A stretch of 64,000 bases of DNA from assembly GCA_977862235.1 (NCBI GenBank), contig OZ374557.1:3844001-3908000 (forward strand), read 5' to 3'. The notes beneath the pieces are model-generated. The model saw nothing but the letters and a program-made list of their open reading frames with translations, made no database searches and was not told the DNA's origin. The translations under genes were made by a program, and so were the position numbers. The stretch comes from Dudresnaya verticillata (taxonomy: Eukaryota). Numbering within the stretch: position 1 is the stretch's first letter; every line of letters starts with the position of its first letter. Of the stretch, positions 32,044 to 42,957 are shown piece after piece.

Positions 32044-33799
32044 GCGTACTACTGCAGCCGCCATAGAAGGCGTTGCCGTTTGGCCGGAATGCATTCTTTT
32101 TCACTGGACAGTGAGAATTATTCGGAATGCATTTCTAGGACGTGATGGTGAAGGGTGAGTCGTCGATTGTGGAGCTGGGAGGTTTGATGGCTACGTGCGA
32201 TGGGAGTGTCGGTTGGGTTCTGGGTTTGATTCTCTCGGGCTTACTGTGTTAGCGAACGGCGTTGGGAGTCGTCGGGCTGGACGGTAGACTGGAATTGAGC
32301 GGAAGGTGCGAGGAAGGTGAGAGAGCACGGACCTTGCGTTTGAGGATGACGATGGGGTTTTGGTGCGCGTCACGGGTTTGTGTGTACTCGCGGACAAGTG
32401 TTTTCGGGACGGGTCCCGGAGCGAGTCGCACGACGCAAGTGAGCTGACAGGGATTTGGGGCTTGGATTAGGAGGTGTGTTTGGAGTGATCGAGAGAAGGA
32501 CTGGTGGTAATTGGGGAGTGTTGCAAATGCAGGAATGGGATATATGGCCTTTGCGCACGATCGACAACTTAACTTATTAACTAACTCATGCGAACACTGA
32601 GCGGCAACAGGTGTCAAGTTGACCAGGAAATCTAGGGAGGAGATTGTGTAGTATCGTCAATTGCGTTGGAAGCCTTCTAGTGTGTCCTGCTCGCGCTTTG
32701 GAGCCTGCAGGTGTGTATTTTTCAAGACTTGTGCATAAACCAAAAAAAGAAAAAGACTTGTTGAGCTACTAACAGAGACATAGTGCCTCCTCGCCTACTT
32801 GGCAGCGTTGCGATCACAGTTGGTGGACTGACTTGATGCGGCGGACGATGATGGTCTAGACGCGAAGGGTGTGGAATTGTGGTTGGGCGGGGAGAGAAAA
32901 TATCTGGAAAGTCAATCTTTTGGACAGTTACGACGACAAAGGTGGTAGCTCTGGGCCAGTTGTTGGGGGTTGCGGGGGCGGGACAGCGCTTGTGTGGCGC
33001 TGGGCCGTGTTTCGTTTTTCAGTTTGGAAGTTTGCACGATGTGATGTGGCATGGGGCATGGCGTAGATAGAGCGCCACTACAAAATGTGAGGGTTTGCAA
33101 GCGCGGGGCGCCTTCCAGGGCCGCGGCTGCTGCTGGCACGCAACAAGTTGGCAACGCGGCTTTGGGAAAGCACGTGAAGATTGCGACTCGGGCACCAGCC
33201 GCAGGCTGCCTCTGATAGTACAGTACTGCAGCGGTGGTACATGCGGTACGGATGCGGTTGGCAGTGCTGCAGTTGCGAAAGCATGCATGCATGCATGCAT
33301 TCATGGGCCGTGCACCATGGCTGTTTCGGCGCGCGCAGCGCTCAGCGCGCCGCCGTCTCTCTCCTCCCTCCCTCTCTCGCGCTCCCTCTCTCTCTCGCGC
33401 GCGCGCGCTGCGCCGTCGCGCAAAAAGCATGAGCGCGGAAAGACGCTCGGCAGCCGACGAACTGTAGCGTACGTGCGCCACAGCGGCGACGCGCGCGGTA
33501 TCGAACGCGCGAACGCAGCGGTGCACAAGACGCAAGCGCGTTGCATGCTGCGGCGCGGCGCGCCGGCGGCAGCGCTCCGGCCGCGCCGGCTCGCAGCGTC
33601 AGCCAGCGAACGAACGGCTGCGGACAGCGACGCCGCTCTCGCGCGCGCGCGCTCGCTCGTTCTCGCAAGATACGCCGCCGCGGTGAAACAGCGGCGCCCG
33701 TGGTGGTGCGGGTGCGCGCCCCCGGCGCTGGCTGCTACGCCGCGCAGCAGCTGTCGCGTAACCGTCACAGCTCGGAAACGAATATAGGCGCGGCTTTGT

Positions 33800-33890
33800 G
33801 TGTGTGTTTTTGCCGGCGCGCGCGAGTGTGCGTGCTTGCGCGTGTGTGTTTTTGCCGGCGCGCGCGAGTGTGCGTGCTTGCGCGTGTGTG
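33800..33890. repeat. 42-bp tandem duplication
   Basis: GTGTGTGTTTTTGCCGGCGCGCGCGAGTGTGCGTGCTTGCGC x2. Confidence 0.85.
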
Positions 33891-34809
33891 TATGTGCCTT
33901 GTGGCTTTTAACTGTACAGAGCGCAGCGAGCAGCGAGCCGAGCGCGAGTTTCCCATTTTTCCCGGCGCGCGCCGCGCCCGTCACCCACCGACGCGCCCTC
34001 CAAACAAACAAAACGCCGACATCTGCGCACGCGCGACGCCGGCGGTGCACGCGCAAGTGCGAGAGCGCGCGCGGCCGCGCGGGCCGCGCGTGGGCTTCGG
34101 CGTGGGCAGCGCAGGCAGCCGCGGCGGCGACCCGCGGCCGGCGGCCGGCGGCCGGCGGCGTGCGCGCGACGGCCGAGCTGCGACAGCGTCGCCCTCGCGA
34201 CGGCGAGGGCGAGACCAGCGCGCGCGCGCACGCACGGCCACGCGCGCGCACACAACAAACGCGCTCGCGCGCACGGCTCGGACGCGCGCGCGGGACCGGT
34301 CGGGGCGCGCGGGGCGTGGTGGGGGCGGGCACAGTGTACGGACGGCAACAGCCGCCGCGTCCGAAGCGGCGGCGGCGGCGGTTGTTCCACCGCGGGGCGC
34401 GCCGCCGGGCGTATTATGTGGTGATGTGATTGTGTGCGCGAGCGCGTGCGCTGATGTCAAGACGGGCGCAGCTGTTGTTATTGCCGCGCGCTGCTGCGCG
34501 GCGGCGGCCTTGTGAGCGGCTTGCGCGCGCTCGCGGGACCGCGCGACGTTTTGTGCACCTTTGGTGCGCGCAAAAAGACACGCTCAGCCGCCGTCACGCG
34601 GCTGCACACGCACAAAAGTCCCAAAAGGCGCAGGTGAGAGAGTGACCGCCCCGCACCGCGTGCGCCGGAAACACCCCCGCAGAGACAGCCTGTCGCGCCC
34701 CGCTGCATCGCTCCATCTCCGTCACAAGTCCGAGCTGAGCTGCTCATTGCTATTGTCAATTATTAGCCAAAGTTATCAGACCCTCCGCGACGCGACCCGT
34801 CCACGATCC

Positions 34810-37800
34810 TCAGCCCTCCTCCTCCTCCTCCTCCTCCGCCGCGCGCTTCTCCTCGCGCGCCCCTTCATCATAGTAGAGCGACCCGTTAAACACCACGTCC
34901 CGCCGAATCGCAACAACAGCCTCTTCCAGCACCTCATGCAACTCGGCGTTATCAACCGCCTTGGCCACGTGCTGCGCGTCGCGCAGCAGCTCGCTCAGCC
35001 GCTTGATGCACACCACAATGTCGCCCTCCTGCTGCTCGGTCAGCTCGGTCAGCTTGAAGAACGCCTCGCCGTTCGCCCACGCAAACACGGCGTGCGCCAG
35101 GTCCCACCGGCACATCGACCGCTCGTAGTCCTCGTCGTCGCCCATGTCAAACTGCAGGCTCACGCCGCACTGCTCCTGCACCTTGCCCACCTTTTGCACC
35201 ACCGCGCGCAGCTCCGCCTTGGCCGCGCGGTATTCCGCAGAGTAGATCCCCGCGTCCCGCGCGTCGTCCACCTCGCCAGCGTTCTTCTTGCGGCACACCA
35301 GGCTGGACAGCAGCGACCCCACCTCGCCCGCCTTCAGCCCGTGTAGCACATTTTCGCAGATGATCTCGGTTAGCACAACGCAGTCCACAGTCGATACGTC
35401 GCACGCCCCGCGCCCCTTGATCTGCACGCTCTGGTCCTCGCTTCCAATGTAGCACAACTTCTCCAGAACCTTGACTCGTTTTTCATACTCGGGCAGCAGG
35501 CTTGGTTCCTTGAGATCATCCGAAAGCCTTTTCAGAGCCCCCATTTTGTTCAAGATGTCCTGCTCTAGAACCAGCCGCCCAATTTTGCTAATCACCCTCT
35601 CCCGCTTCATCCTTCTCATGTCACCGCCAAGCCCCGTATCCGCTGCCAATCCCACCACAACTTTCATACGAGATTCATAACCTGCCGGCATTCGCATCGC
35701 CCGCTTCTGCCGTCTCGCCGATGTCTCCGGATTTCGCCTCGACATAAACTCGCGCGGAAAGCTCTCCTCGCCAGACAGCTCTTCCACGTGCAACTTTTTG
35801 TGCCATTCTCGAATCACCCCGTCTAGAAACAATCCGTTCGTGTGCAATGTCCGCTTCGGCGCATCTATTCTCCGCCCGAAATACCACATCCGAGACGCCG
35901 CTTCCTGTTTCGACAAACGATCAGGAGACACACGGTCGCAGTGCTCGCAAATGTACACGATTTTCGATGCCGCAACCTGTCGCAGACTCACTACCAAACC
36001 CTCACCAGAAGCCAACACTGGGAGCCCTGCCTCGGCATGCCGACCCCTCCCGTTTGCTCTGGATACCAAAGGAATCAAAACTGACGACACGTCAAATCTG
36101 CAACTTGGAACTGCCCCCGCTATGCAAGCAACCCACAGCTGAGAAGAATACGTCACCAAATGTGACGACCCCGAGAGTCTACCTTTGCGTTCCTTCTGTG
36201 GTACTACAGAATATACAATAGCTAAAGACAAGAGTCCTGGCAACACTTCAGCAATCACCACTCTTCCAGGCACCACGGCCTCCATGAGGATATGATTTAA
36301 ATCCGCAAACGAGAGTTTCGCACTTAGCGCTGTCAGATGGCAGAACTGCGCAACATAAGCACGCAGACAAGCCTGTCCATCATCCTGAAACGCGTTCCCT
36401 TCCAACTCCGTTTCTGCCACAGAACCAGCAAGCTGCAGTGATTCGACGGCACCTCGCGCTTTGTCTAAAACCACCTCAAGCTTCTCATTCTGCGAGTATT
36501 CCCCTGCCTCTGAGAATGACTTCATCATCATATCCTCCACACGCAATTCGTCCACTCGCAGCACGTTTAGAATCATGTTGTACGTAAGTCGAAACGCTGA
36601 TTGTAGCAAGAGCGGCTGTCCCGTCATGACTTTGGCAAGATCCCGTTCCAGTGGAAAACGCTCGTCTGGGGGAAAGAAGAGGTACACATGCCCAACCTTG
36701 TCAAGACCTCGCCTTCCTGCTCTGCCAGACATCTGAGTGTACTCTCCGGCCTCCAAGAAACGAAACCGGCGCCCATCGTGCTTTCGGACTGCAGCAAACA
36801 CGACTGTTCTGGCCGGCATATTCACGCCCATTGCAAAAGTTTCTGTGGCAAACAAAACTTTGACAAGCCCTCTAGAGAATAAGATCTCCGTCGTCTCCTT
36901 GATGAGCGGTAAGAGACCTGCATGGTGTGCAGATATGCCTCGTTTCAAGTTCGCTCGCACTCTGATAACCTGGGGAAGGTTTCTGTCCTCTTCACGGAGT
37001 CGCGCCATCGATTCGTCAAAAAATCTATGTACAGTGGCCTTCTGACCTGAATCTGGGAGCAAGTCGACATTCTCCAGCGAGTCAACCGCCCGTTCGCACT
37101 TCTTCTTTGAGAAGCAGAAGATAACGGATGGGGTCCGGTCATTCTTGTGCAAAAAGGACACCAGCGGAGCCCACGGGGAGCGCCTTGAGTTAGGACCACG
37201 ACCACTGGCACCCGTCCCAGCAGAGGCAAGCTGCTTTGCAGACGGTCCCTTGTTCTTGTTGACACCCTTGTTGGGCGTCCTTTTTGCCTCTCTGACTACT
37301 GGATCTTCCAACACCACCTCTCGACGGTTCTCATTCCCATCCAACATTACGTCCCGATTCGGTTTTTCTTCACCATTCACGCGCTGATTTTCAGCGCGAC
37401 TGCCACTCGTGTTTGGCTTCGCGGTACCCTCCTCGTTCTCTTCGCAATTTGCCTCGCGGACAACGCTGCCTTTGCCTTCTCCAACCTCCAACCCCGCATT
37501 TTCCGGTACTTGGCAGATATTCTCGCCAGTCGTAATGACCGCTTCCTCTTGCGGGTACTTTTGAGGACTCCTCCTAGTTTTCTTCCTACCGTTCTTGCTT
37601 TGCTTCTTGGCCTCCCTCGGCGTAGTGGCAATCCGCATCGCAGAGCGGAAGTTTTCAGCGAGGAAACTGCCGCCCTGTTCAAGCAAAACGGTCTCGCAAA
37701 GCTCTTCCGGGGATTCTGGTGATCGATGTAGCCAGGCATGGCGCAACGGCACAGGTCTTTTCATAGTAGAAACGACGGCGACGTTCTTCTCACGGACCTT

Positions 37801-38772
37801 GCCGACCCAAGACGCAAACTCAAGCGCGTTGGGCACGGTGGCGCTAAGCATGATGATGGTTACGGTGGGTGGAAGCATAATGATGCTCTCCTCCCACACG
37901 ACGCCACGCTCCTCATCGTTCAGAAACTGCACCTCATCGAAAACAACAAACATGACATCGCGAATGACATCAGCACCTCTGTACAGCATCGAACGCAAGA
38001 TCTCTGTGGTCATGATGACACACTGGGCATTTTCATTGATGCTCACGTCACCCGTGACAAGCCCAACGTCATCAAACTTGGTCCGAAAGTCCCTGAGCTT
38101 CTGGTTGCTCAGCGTCTTAATCGGCGAGGTATAAAACGCCTTGCCGCCAAACTGGGCAGCAAGCGCGATGGCATATTCAGCCACAACAGTCTTACCAGCA
38201 CTGGTATGCGCGGCAACAAAGACATTCTGCTGCTGCTCCACGTGCAGAATGGCGCGTTTCTGAAAGTCGTCCAGCTCAAACGGGAAGACGGTGGCAGGCG
38301 AGGGGATGCGGTCCGAAAAGTCGCTGACGTCGCTCTCATCCACAAACGCCCAGCGGTCCTTCTCTGGACCCTGGAGCCTGCGCATGCCAGTACCCCTGCG
38401 GGTGTCGTTCCGCGCCGTGGCGTGGCGCTGCAGCGCCAGCGACAGGTCGCGGTGCAGGTGCTCCAGCTCATGCAGCGGCGCGGCGTCCGGCGTGGCGCGT
38501 GCGCGCCACTCCGGCAGGCGCGATGCCGTGGCGGGCTGTGGCCTTCGCGGCGGGGACGGGGCGGCGGGCCCGCGTCGGGGCGGGGGCGATTTGGCGGGCA
38601 GCGCCGGCGTCGGTGGCGGCGGCTTTGCCGTCGGTGCAGCTGCGGCGGCTGGCGTCGGCGCAGCGGCTACCGGCCGTGGCGGCGGCGCGGGCGCATGCTG
38701 CACCGAGCGGCGCGCCAACCACTCGCGCTTGGAGCGCTCGAGTCGCTCCTGCGCGGCGGAGTCCTGCTGCAT
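34810..38772 (-). CDS. SKI2: Ski2-like cytoplasmic exosome RNA helicase
   Basis: FPFELDDFQ, AAHTSAGKTVVAEYA, TSPIKTLSNQK, MLSATVPN, FATETFAMGVNMPAR, QMSGRAGRRG, and a C-terminal DSHCT domain (LPEY..KGRGACD..RRDVVFNGSLY). Likely ATG at 38772. Confidence 0.93.
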   Translation of the reverse strand: MQQDSAAQERLERSKREWLARRSVQHAPAPPPRPVAAAPTPAAAAAPTAKPPPPTPALPAKSPPPRRGPAAPSPPRRPQPATASRLPEWRARATPDAAPLHELEHLHRDLSLALQRHATARNDTRRGTGMRRLQGPEKDRWAFVDESDVSDFSDRIPSPATVFPFELDDFQKRAILHVEQQQNVFVAAHTSAGKTVVAEYAIALAAQFGGKAFYTSPIKTLSNQKLRDFRTKFDDVGLVTGDVSINENAQCVIMTTEILRSMLYRGADVIRDVMFVVFDEVQFLNDEERGVVWEESIIMLPPTVTIIMLSATVPNALEFASWVGKVREKNVAVVSTMKRPVPLRHAWLHRSPESPEELCETVLLEQGGSFLAENFRSAMRIATTPREAKKQSKNGRKKTRRSPQKYPQEEAVITTGENICQVPENAGLEVGEGKGSVVREANCEENEEGTAKPNTSGSRAENQRVNGEEKPNRDVMLDGNENRREVVLEDPVVREAKRTPNKGVNKNKGPSAKQLASAGTGASGRGPNSRRSPWAPLVSFLHKNDRTPSVIFCFSKKKCERAVDSLENVDLLPDSGQKATVHRFFDESMARLREEDRNLPQVIRVRANLKRGISAHHAGLLPLIKETTEILFSRGLVKVLFATETFAMGVNMPARTVVFAAVRKHDGRRFRFLEAGEYTQMSGRAGRRGLDKVGHVYLFFPPDERFPLERDLAKVMTGQPLLLQSAFRLTYNMILNVLRVDELRVEDMMMKSFSEAGEYSQNEKLEVVLDKARGAVESLQLAGSVAETELEGNAFQDDGQACLRAYVAQFCHLTALSAKLSFADLNHILMEAVVPGRVVIAEVLPGLLSLAIVYSVVPQKERKGRLSGSSHLVTYSSQLWVACIAGAVPSCRFDVSSVLIPLVSRANGRGRHAEAGLPVLASGEGLVVSLRQVAASKIVYICEHCDRVSPDRLSKQEAASRMWYFGRRIDAPKRTLHTNGLFLDGVIREWHKKLHVEELSGEESFPREFMSRRNPETSARRQKRAMRMPAGYESRMKVVVGLAADTGLGGDMRRMKRERVISKIGRLVLEQDILNKMGALKRLSDDLKEPSLLPEYEKRVKVLEKLCYIGSEDQSVQIKGRGACDVSTVDCVVLTEIICENVLHGLKAGEVGSLLSSLVCRKKNAGEVDDARDAGIYSAEYRAAKAELRAVVQKVGKVQEQCGVSLQFDMGDDEDYERSMCRWDLAHAVFAWANGEAFFKLTELTEQQEGDIVVCIKRLSELLRDAQHVAKAVDNAELHEVLEEAVVAIRRDVVFNGSLYYDEGAREEKRAAEEEEEEEG

Positions 38773-39025
38773 GGTGGCGGTGGCGGTTGCCTGGTGCGTG
38801 TGCGTGTGAGTTCGGTCGGGGGTACGGGAAGATGCAGACACGCGAGAGGTTCGGCATCAGCATGAATTGTTGCGGAGCGAGCGGCTGCGGGCGATGTGAC
38901 AATTATGTTACTGTTGCACACTCTCAACTGAATTGCTGCATTTTAATTAATTAATGTTGCTCCATGGAGCAGACCTCTCACACTCGACCTCTACCGACTA
39001 TTACAGTTTACGCTCGAACAACGCC

Positions 39026-40465
39026 TCATCCCCATGGAAAAGACACGGACACTCCGCCGAACAGCCCCTTGGTCTTCAGGGGATGTTTCCTCTGCCCACT
39101 CGCACCCTCGGGCGCGGGCGCAGGTGCGGTCGCAGGTGCCGGCGCGGGCGCAGGTCCGGTCGCCGGTGCCCGTGCGGGCGCGGGCGCAGGCGCAGGCGCA
39201 GGCGCACTCCGTCCCGGCTTGGGCGTAGCAGCGGGCTGGCCAAACCACGTAAGCTCACCGTCAAAGTCCGCGGGGTTGATAATCTCGCCGGGCGCGAACT
39301 GCGCATCGAACACGTCGTCCATGAGCGCATTCTGCTTTTCGATGACCGGGCCCCAGCTCCCGCCGAGCACAGGCACGACCGGCGCGTACACCCTCTCGTT
39401 GCTACCGGGGATGGGCGGCCGTTGCAGGCCGTCGCGCGGTGCATTCGTCTCCGGCACTGGCTCATGCACCTGCAGCTCTGCGTCGTCGTCGTCCGTTCCG
39501 TCATCGTCGTCGCCCTGTAGGACCCCGGCCGGCGCGGCTCCTCCGAACATCTGCGCGAGCGTCTGGCGCGCGCTTGTGGGCAAGCTATTGCGGGATGCAG
39601 TCCTGACTGTGTCTTGTGAGTTCTTGCGACGCTTGCGAGACCAAGCGCGTATGTACCTCACCTTGTACGTGGCAGGCAGAGTGCGTTTCGAGGGAAGCCC
39701 AAACCAGTACGGCATGGTTTCCACGTCAAACTTCATTGGGAACGCCTGCTTCCACAATGTGTTGCGTTCGCGCCGTATTGCTCGCCCATTGAATGTCCAT
39801 GTGATGTGTTTCTTGCCCCAGTCGAGGCCGTACACATGGAACTTGGAGCGTAGGAACGCGTTATGTATGTAGTAGTAAGGCTTGCTGATCTCGTTCACAC
39901 CGGGCGTGATGCCCTTTTTTTGGTGGCGAAACACATGCATGTTCATGTTGATGCGCCGCCGGTAGTCTATCCCTTGGTTTTGCGCACCGCCGCCCAGCTC
40001 GAAAACGTCTATCTCCGTCCATAGTGTCGGTGTGTCCAACGAGCCCCAGAACGATGATGAAAGCCGGGAGTTGCTAGGCTTGGCGGATACCTCGAAGTAT
40101 CCATATAAAGCGTTTTTCTTTGACATTACAAACGATGTTGTGTACTTTTCGTACCCTTCGGGAGCATCTTTGAAGGCTTTGTCGTCCTTCTCGTAGCGCC
40201 CTTTCAACAGCAATTTTCCTCGCCTTTGCTTCACGTTCTTCGCGGAAAATAGACCTGGTTGCCGACCCAGCCATCTCGGGTTGCTATTATACCACTTGCG
40301 ATGGTTGAACGAGCCCTTGAATTCGTCAGAAAAGTCTTCGATAGGCTTGAACTTACTGTTCTTGAACAGATTTCCTCGCAGCACGGGTTTTTTCTGCTTC
40401 TTTCCTTCACCGCAACTATTGATTACAAAGAGCCAAAGCACTACCAGTATCGTAAAAGATTTCAT
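39026..40465 (-). CDS. Secreted GH16 glycoside hydrolase (beta-porphyranase/agarase/carrageenase-like) with Pro/Ala-rich tail
   Basis: Signal peptide MKSFTILVVLWLF; FSDEF, WLGRQPGLF, YGYFEV, catalytic EIDVFE (39998-40015), FHVYGLDW, YIRAW. Confidence 0.9.
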   Translation of the reverse strand: MKSFTILVVLWLFVINSCGEGKKQKKPVLRGNLFKNSKFKPIEDFSDEFKGSFNHRKWYNSNPRWLGRQPGLFSAKNVKQRRGKLLLKGRYEKDDKAFKDAPEGYEKYTTSFVMSKKNALYGYFEVSAKPSNSRLSSSFWGSLDTPTLWTEIDVFELGGGAQNQGIDYRRRINMNMHVFRHQKKGITPGVNEISKPYYYIHNAFLRSKFHVYGLDWGKKHITWTFNGRAIRRERNTLWKQAFPMKFDVETMPYWFGLPSKRTLPATYKVRYIRAWSRKRRKNSQDTVRTASRNSLPTSARQTLAQMFGGAAPAGVLQGDDDDGTDDDDAELQVHEPVPETNAPRDGLQRPPIPGSNERVYAPVVPVLGGSWGPVIEKQNALMDDVFDAQFAPGEIINPADFDGELTWFGQPAATPKPGRSAPAPAPAPAPARAPATGPAPAPAPATAPAPAPEGASGQRKHPLKTKGLFGGVSVSFPWG

Positions 40466-40924
40466 ATTGGCGTGCCTACCATGTGTTTCCAGAGACAGCA
40501 CAATGTCGACGGCGAGTGGTAGGTCTATGTTGCCTTGTCCGGCAGGCCGCAACCTTTTCCCGAAACGGTGTCACATGAGTATTGAGGCGCTGTAATTGCG
40601 TTACGGCTTGAGAACTTGCTGGGGACAACGTACTGCTGGGCCAATTGAACACTATCTTGTCGTGTTCAAGAGTCGAGAATGTAGGGCCTATGGATGTGCC
40701 GGGCCGCTGTGCGACTGAGAGGTAGCAAGGAACTGCACGGGCCAGCCGTTTCCGACAGCTGTGGAGGGACTACGTGGGACAAAGGTGACAACGCTGCATC
40801 GCTCGTTTTTCTTGCGATTCTACAAGCAGAAAACAAAGTTCATGTAAAGCTGATACTTGTGGAGTCAAGTGTCAAAAGCATTCTGCCGCAAGTGCTCCTT
40901 CCCGCCACGGAAGCTGCTTGGAGT

Positions 40925-42260
40925 CCTGGGCAGTTTTTGCCATGTTTTGTTGAGGTCTTCCTGTCTTCTACGACTCCATTAGTATGTGAAAGGAATTGCA
41001 GGGAAGAGCGAGAAGATATTAATATCAAGATTACTTCTGCAGAGGCGCTGGGTGCCGGCCTGTTCAACGGGTTGATGGTGATGGTAGACATCTACTAATT
41101 GTTTCGGGTGGTCCCGCACGGGCAACTAAGACCCATTAGCAGGCGCACCATGGTGCCTCAGGAGCACTTGGCTTTTCAGGTGCAAGAGTTTTGCCCATTT
41201 CTAGGTGAATTACGGGCATTAGCCTACGGTGAGGTTACGTGGGAGCAAAACTTCCTCAACGAGCAATTCGACGTGGGTCTCCATGTGCTCTTCGAGGTGA
41301 ATGTTACCGTTCTTAATCGTGCATGCACGCACCTTCTTCGATGGAAGGATGCACATCACATTATGGCCAACGTCGCGCATGAACCGGTAGCCGAGCCTCT
41401 CCAACACGCTTATCTCCAGCCATGTCGTCACCTCCCCATCATCCGCGAGCTCCCTCCCGTACGAAGCACCATTCCTCTTAAACAAACAGCCTGAAGACAC
41501 CACCAACTCCCGTGTGGCGCTCCGCCGCATGCGAGCCGGCTTCTTTGAAGCCGACGCCATACCTGTGAAAATGAGGGTAGCGCCTGCAGCGATGGAACTC
41601 GCATCGGGCTCTTTAGCGCCTAAGACGATAGTGACGATGCCGCCGATAATGGCCAGGAGACGTGCGGCGTCGCGGAAGAGAAGGTCGGAGATGGCGCGGA
41701 GGCAGATTGTGAAGAGGGCGGCAAAGCGACTTTGACGTGCTTCGCGTGGGGTGACTTGTTGAAGCGAGTGTTTGGGGGCGAGGGCGCGCGCCACAGTGGT
41801 TGCCCAGCGGTAGCGCCCATCGCGATGTTTTCGTTGCATTACCTTAGCTGCCATGAGCCAGTCCATTCTCTCACTCGTCGCTGCAAGGCCCTCCTTGTCG
41901 AAGGTGTTGAGATGGGTGTTGAGGTTGCGCATGTGACTATAGAGATGCGACATGGGGTTTCCTTCAAAGTCAAGGTCCTGCAGACTACAGTGTAAAAGGT
42001 ATTCAAAGCCCGGGTTCGGCATTTCGACGTGATCGAGTTGCGTACGCTCGGTCGCAAGCATATGCGACACGTTAGCCGCCAAGTCTGCAGATGGGCAATC
42101 ACTCGTAGTACTTCCCGTATTGCGGGCGAATTCAATGATGTTAATGTTGCTACCGCGAACGACGGCGCGATGGAGGACAATAGGATAGGGGCAGTTTGAT
42201 GCGATGTGGTTGAGGAGGCCGGACTTTCGCAGCTTGTCCCAAATGACGAAATCACCATGC
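40925..42260 (-). pseudogene. Degenerate paralogue of the 42958-44721 membrane-anchored protein
   Basis: ORF 41219-42082 has a TM hairpin followed by TRELV. The same frame, past several stops, reads LFPAIPFTY*WSRRRQEDLNKTWQKL, matching the neighbour's LFP-x7-WSR-x8-TW-x2-L without gaps. Apparent frameshift near 42090. Confidence 0.6.
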
Positions 42261-42431
42261 TGCTTATTGAGCCCCGCGGCGGTTTTCGGGAGGGGGGGTG
42301 GGTGGAGTTAGGGAGCGGTCGCCGGCGCGATGGAGAAACAGTCAATGTAGAAGAGATCAGGTGGGCACGAGTAGACGGCGAATGGTTGCAGATGTGGGGT
42401 GTGGGTCGGGCGGGGTCATGACGGAGCTGGT

Positions 42432-42473
<42 letters not shown>

Positions 42474-42957
42474 GTCCTGACTCGGGAAGCGGTTTGTTGG
42501 TTGGGAATGCAAAAGCGTTGTTTGCAGTTGTGACTGCGCTCACAGAGGGTGCCACCCTAGGCTAGCGAGCCTTAGCCTTTGTGTTGACGATGATGGGACT
42601 GTAACTGGAAGTAACCTATTCCCTTACGCGCGAGGCAATACACGATAGCACGCATTGAAGATATACAGTACAGTCGTTGTTCCTCCTTCCCATGCGATAG
42701 TGTGCTGGCTCATAGGCCTTTTGTTGCCGATGCCGGTGCACTCAAAACCGTCCTATAAAGTTTAATATCACACGTGCATTGCAATACACGTGCATCGATA
42801 GCTCTGATGATTGTGCGCCTGCGAGAGTATGACAATTCCCTGCGACTACCAAACTGCACGAACTCCTACACCCCCCCCCCCCCCCCATCAAGGCGTAGCG
42901 AGCAGCCAAGTGAATACTCTCCCCTCTCCGCACCGTCGAAAAGCATTCCCCTACATC

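Noticed and set aside
33281..33304. (GCAT)n as an RY regulatory element
   Set aside because: Indistinguishable from a simple tetranucleotide microsatellite, with no adjacent gene start.
33095..34700. 230-343 aa ORFs on both strands
   Set aside because: Low-complexity GC-rich spacer with no coding signature.
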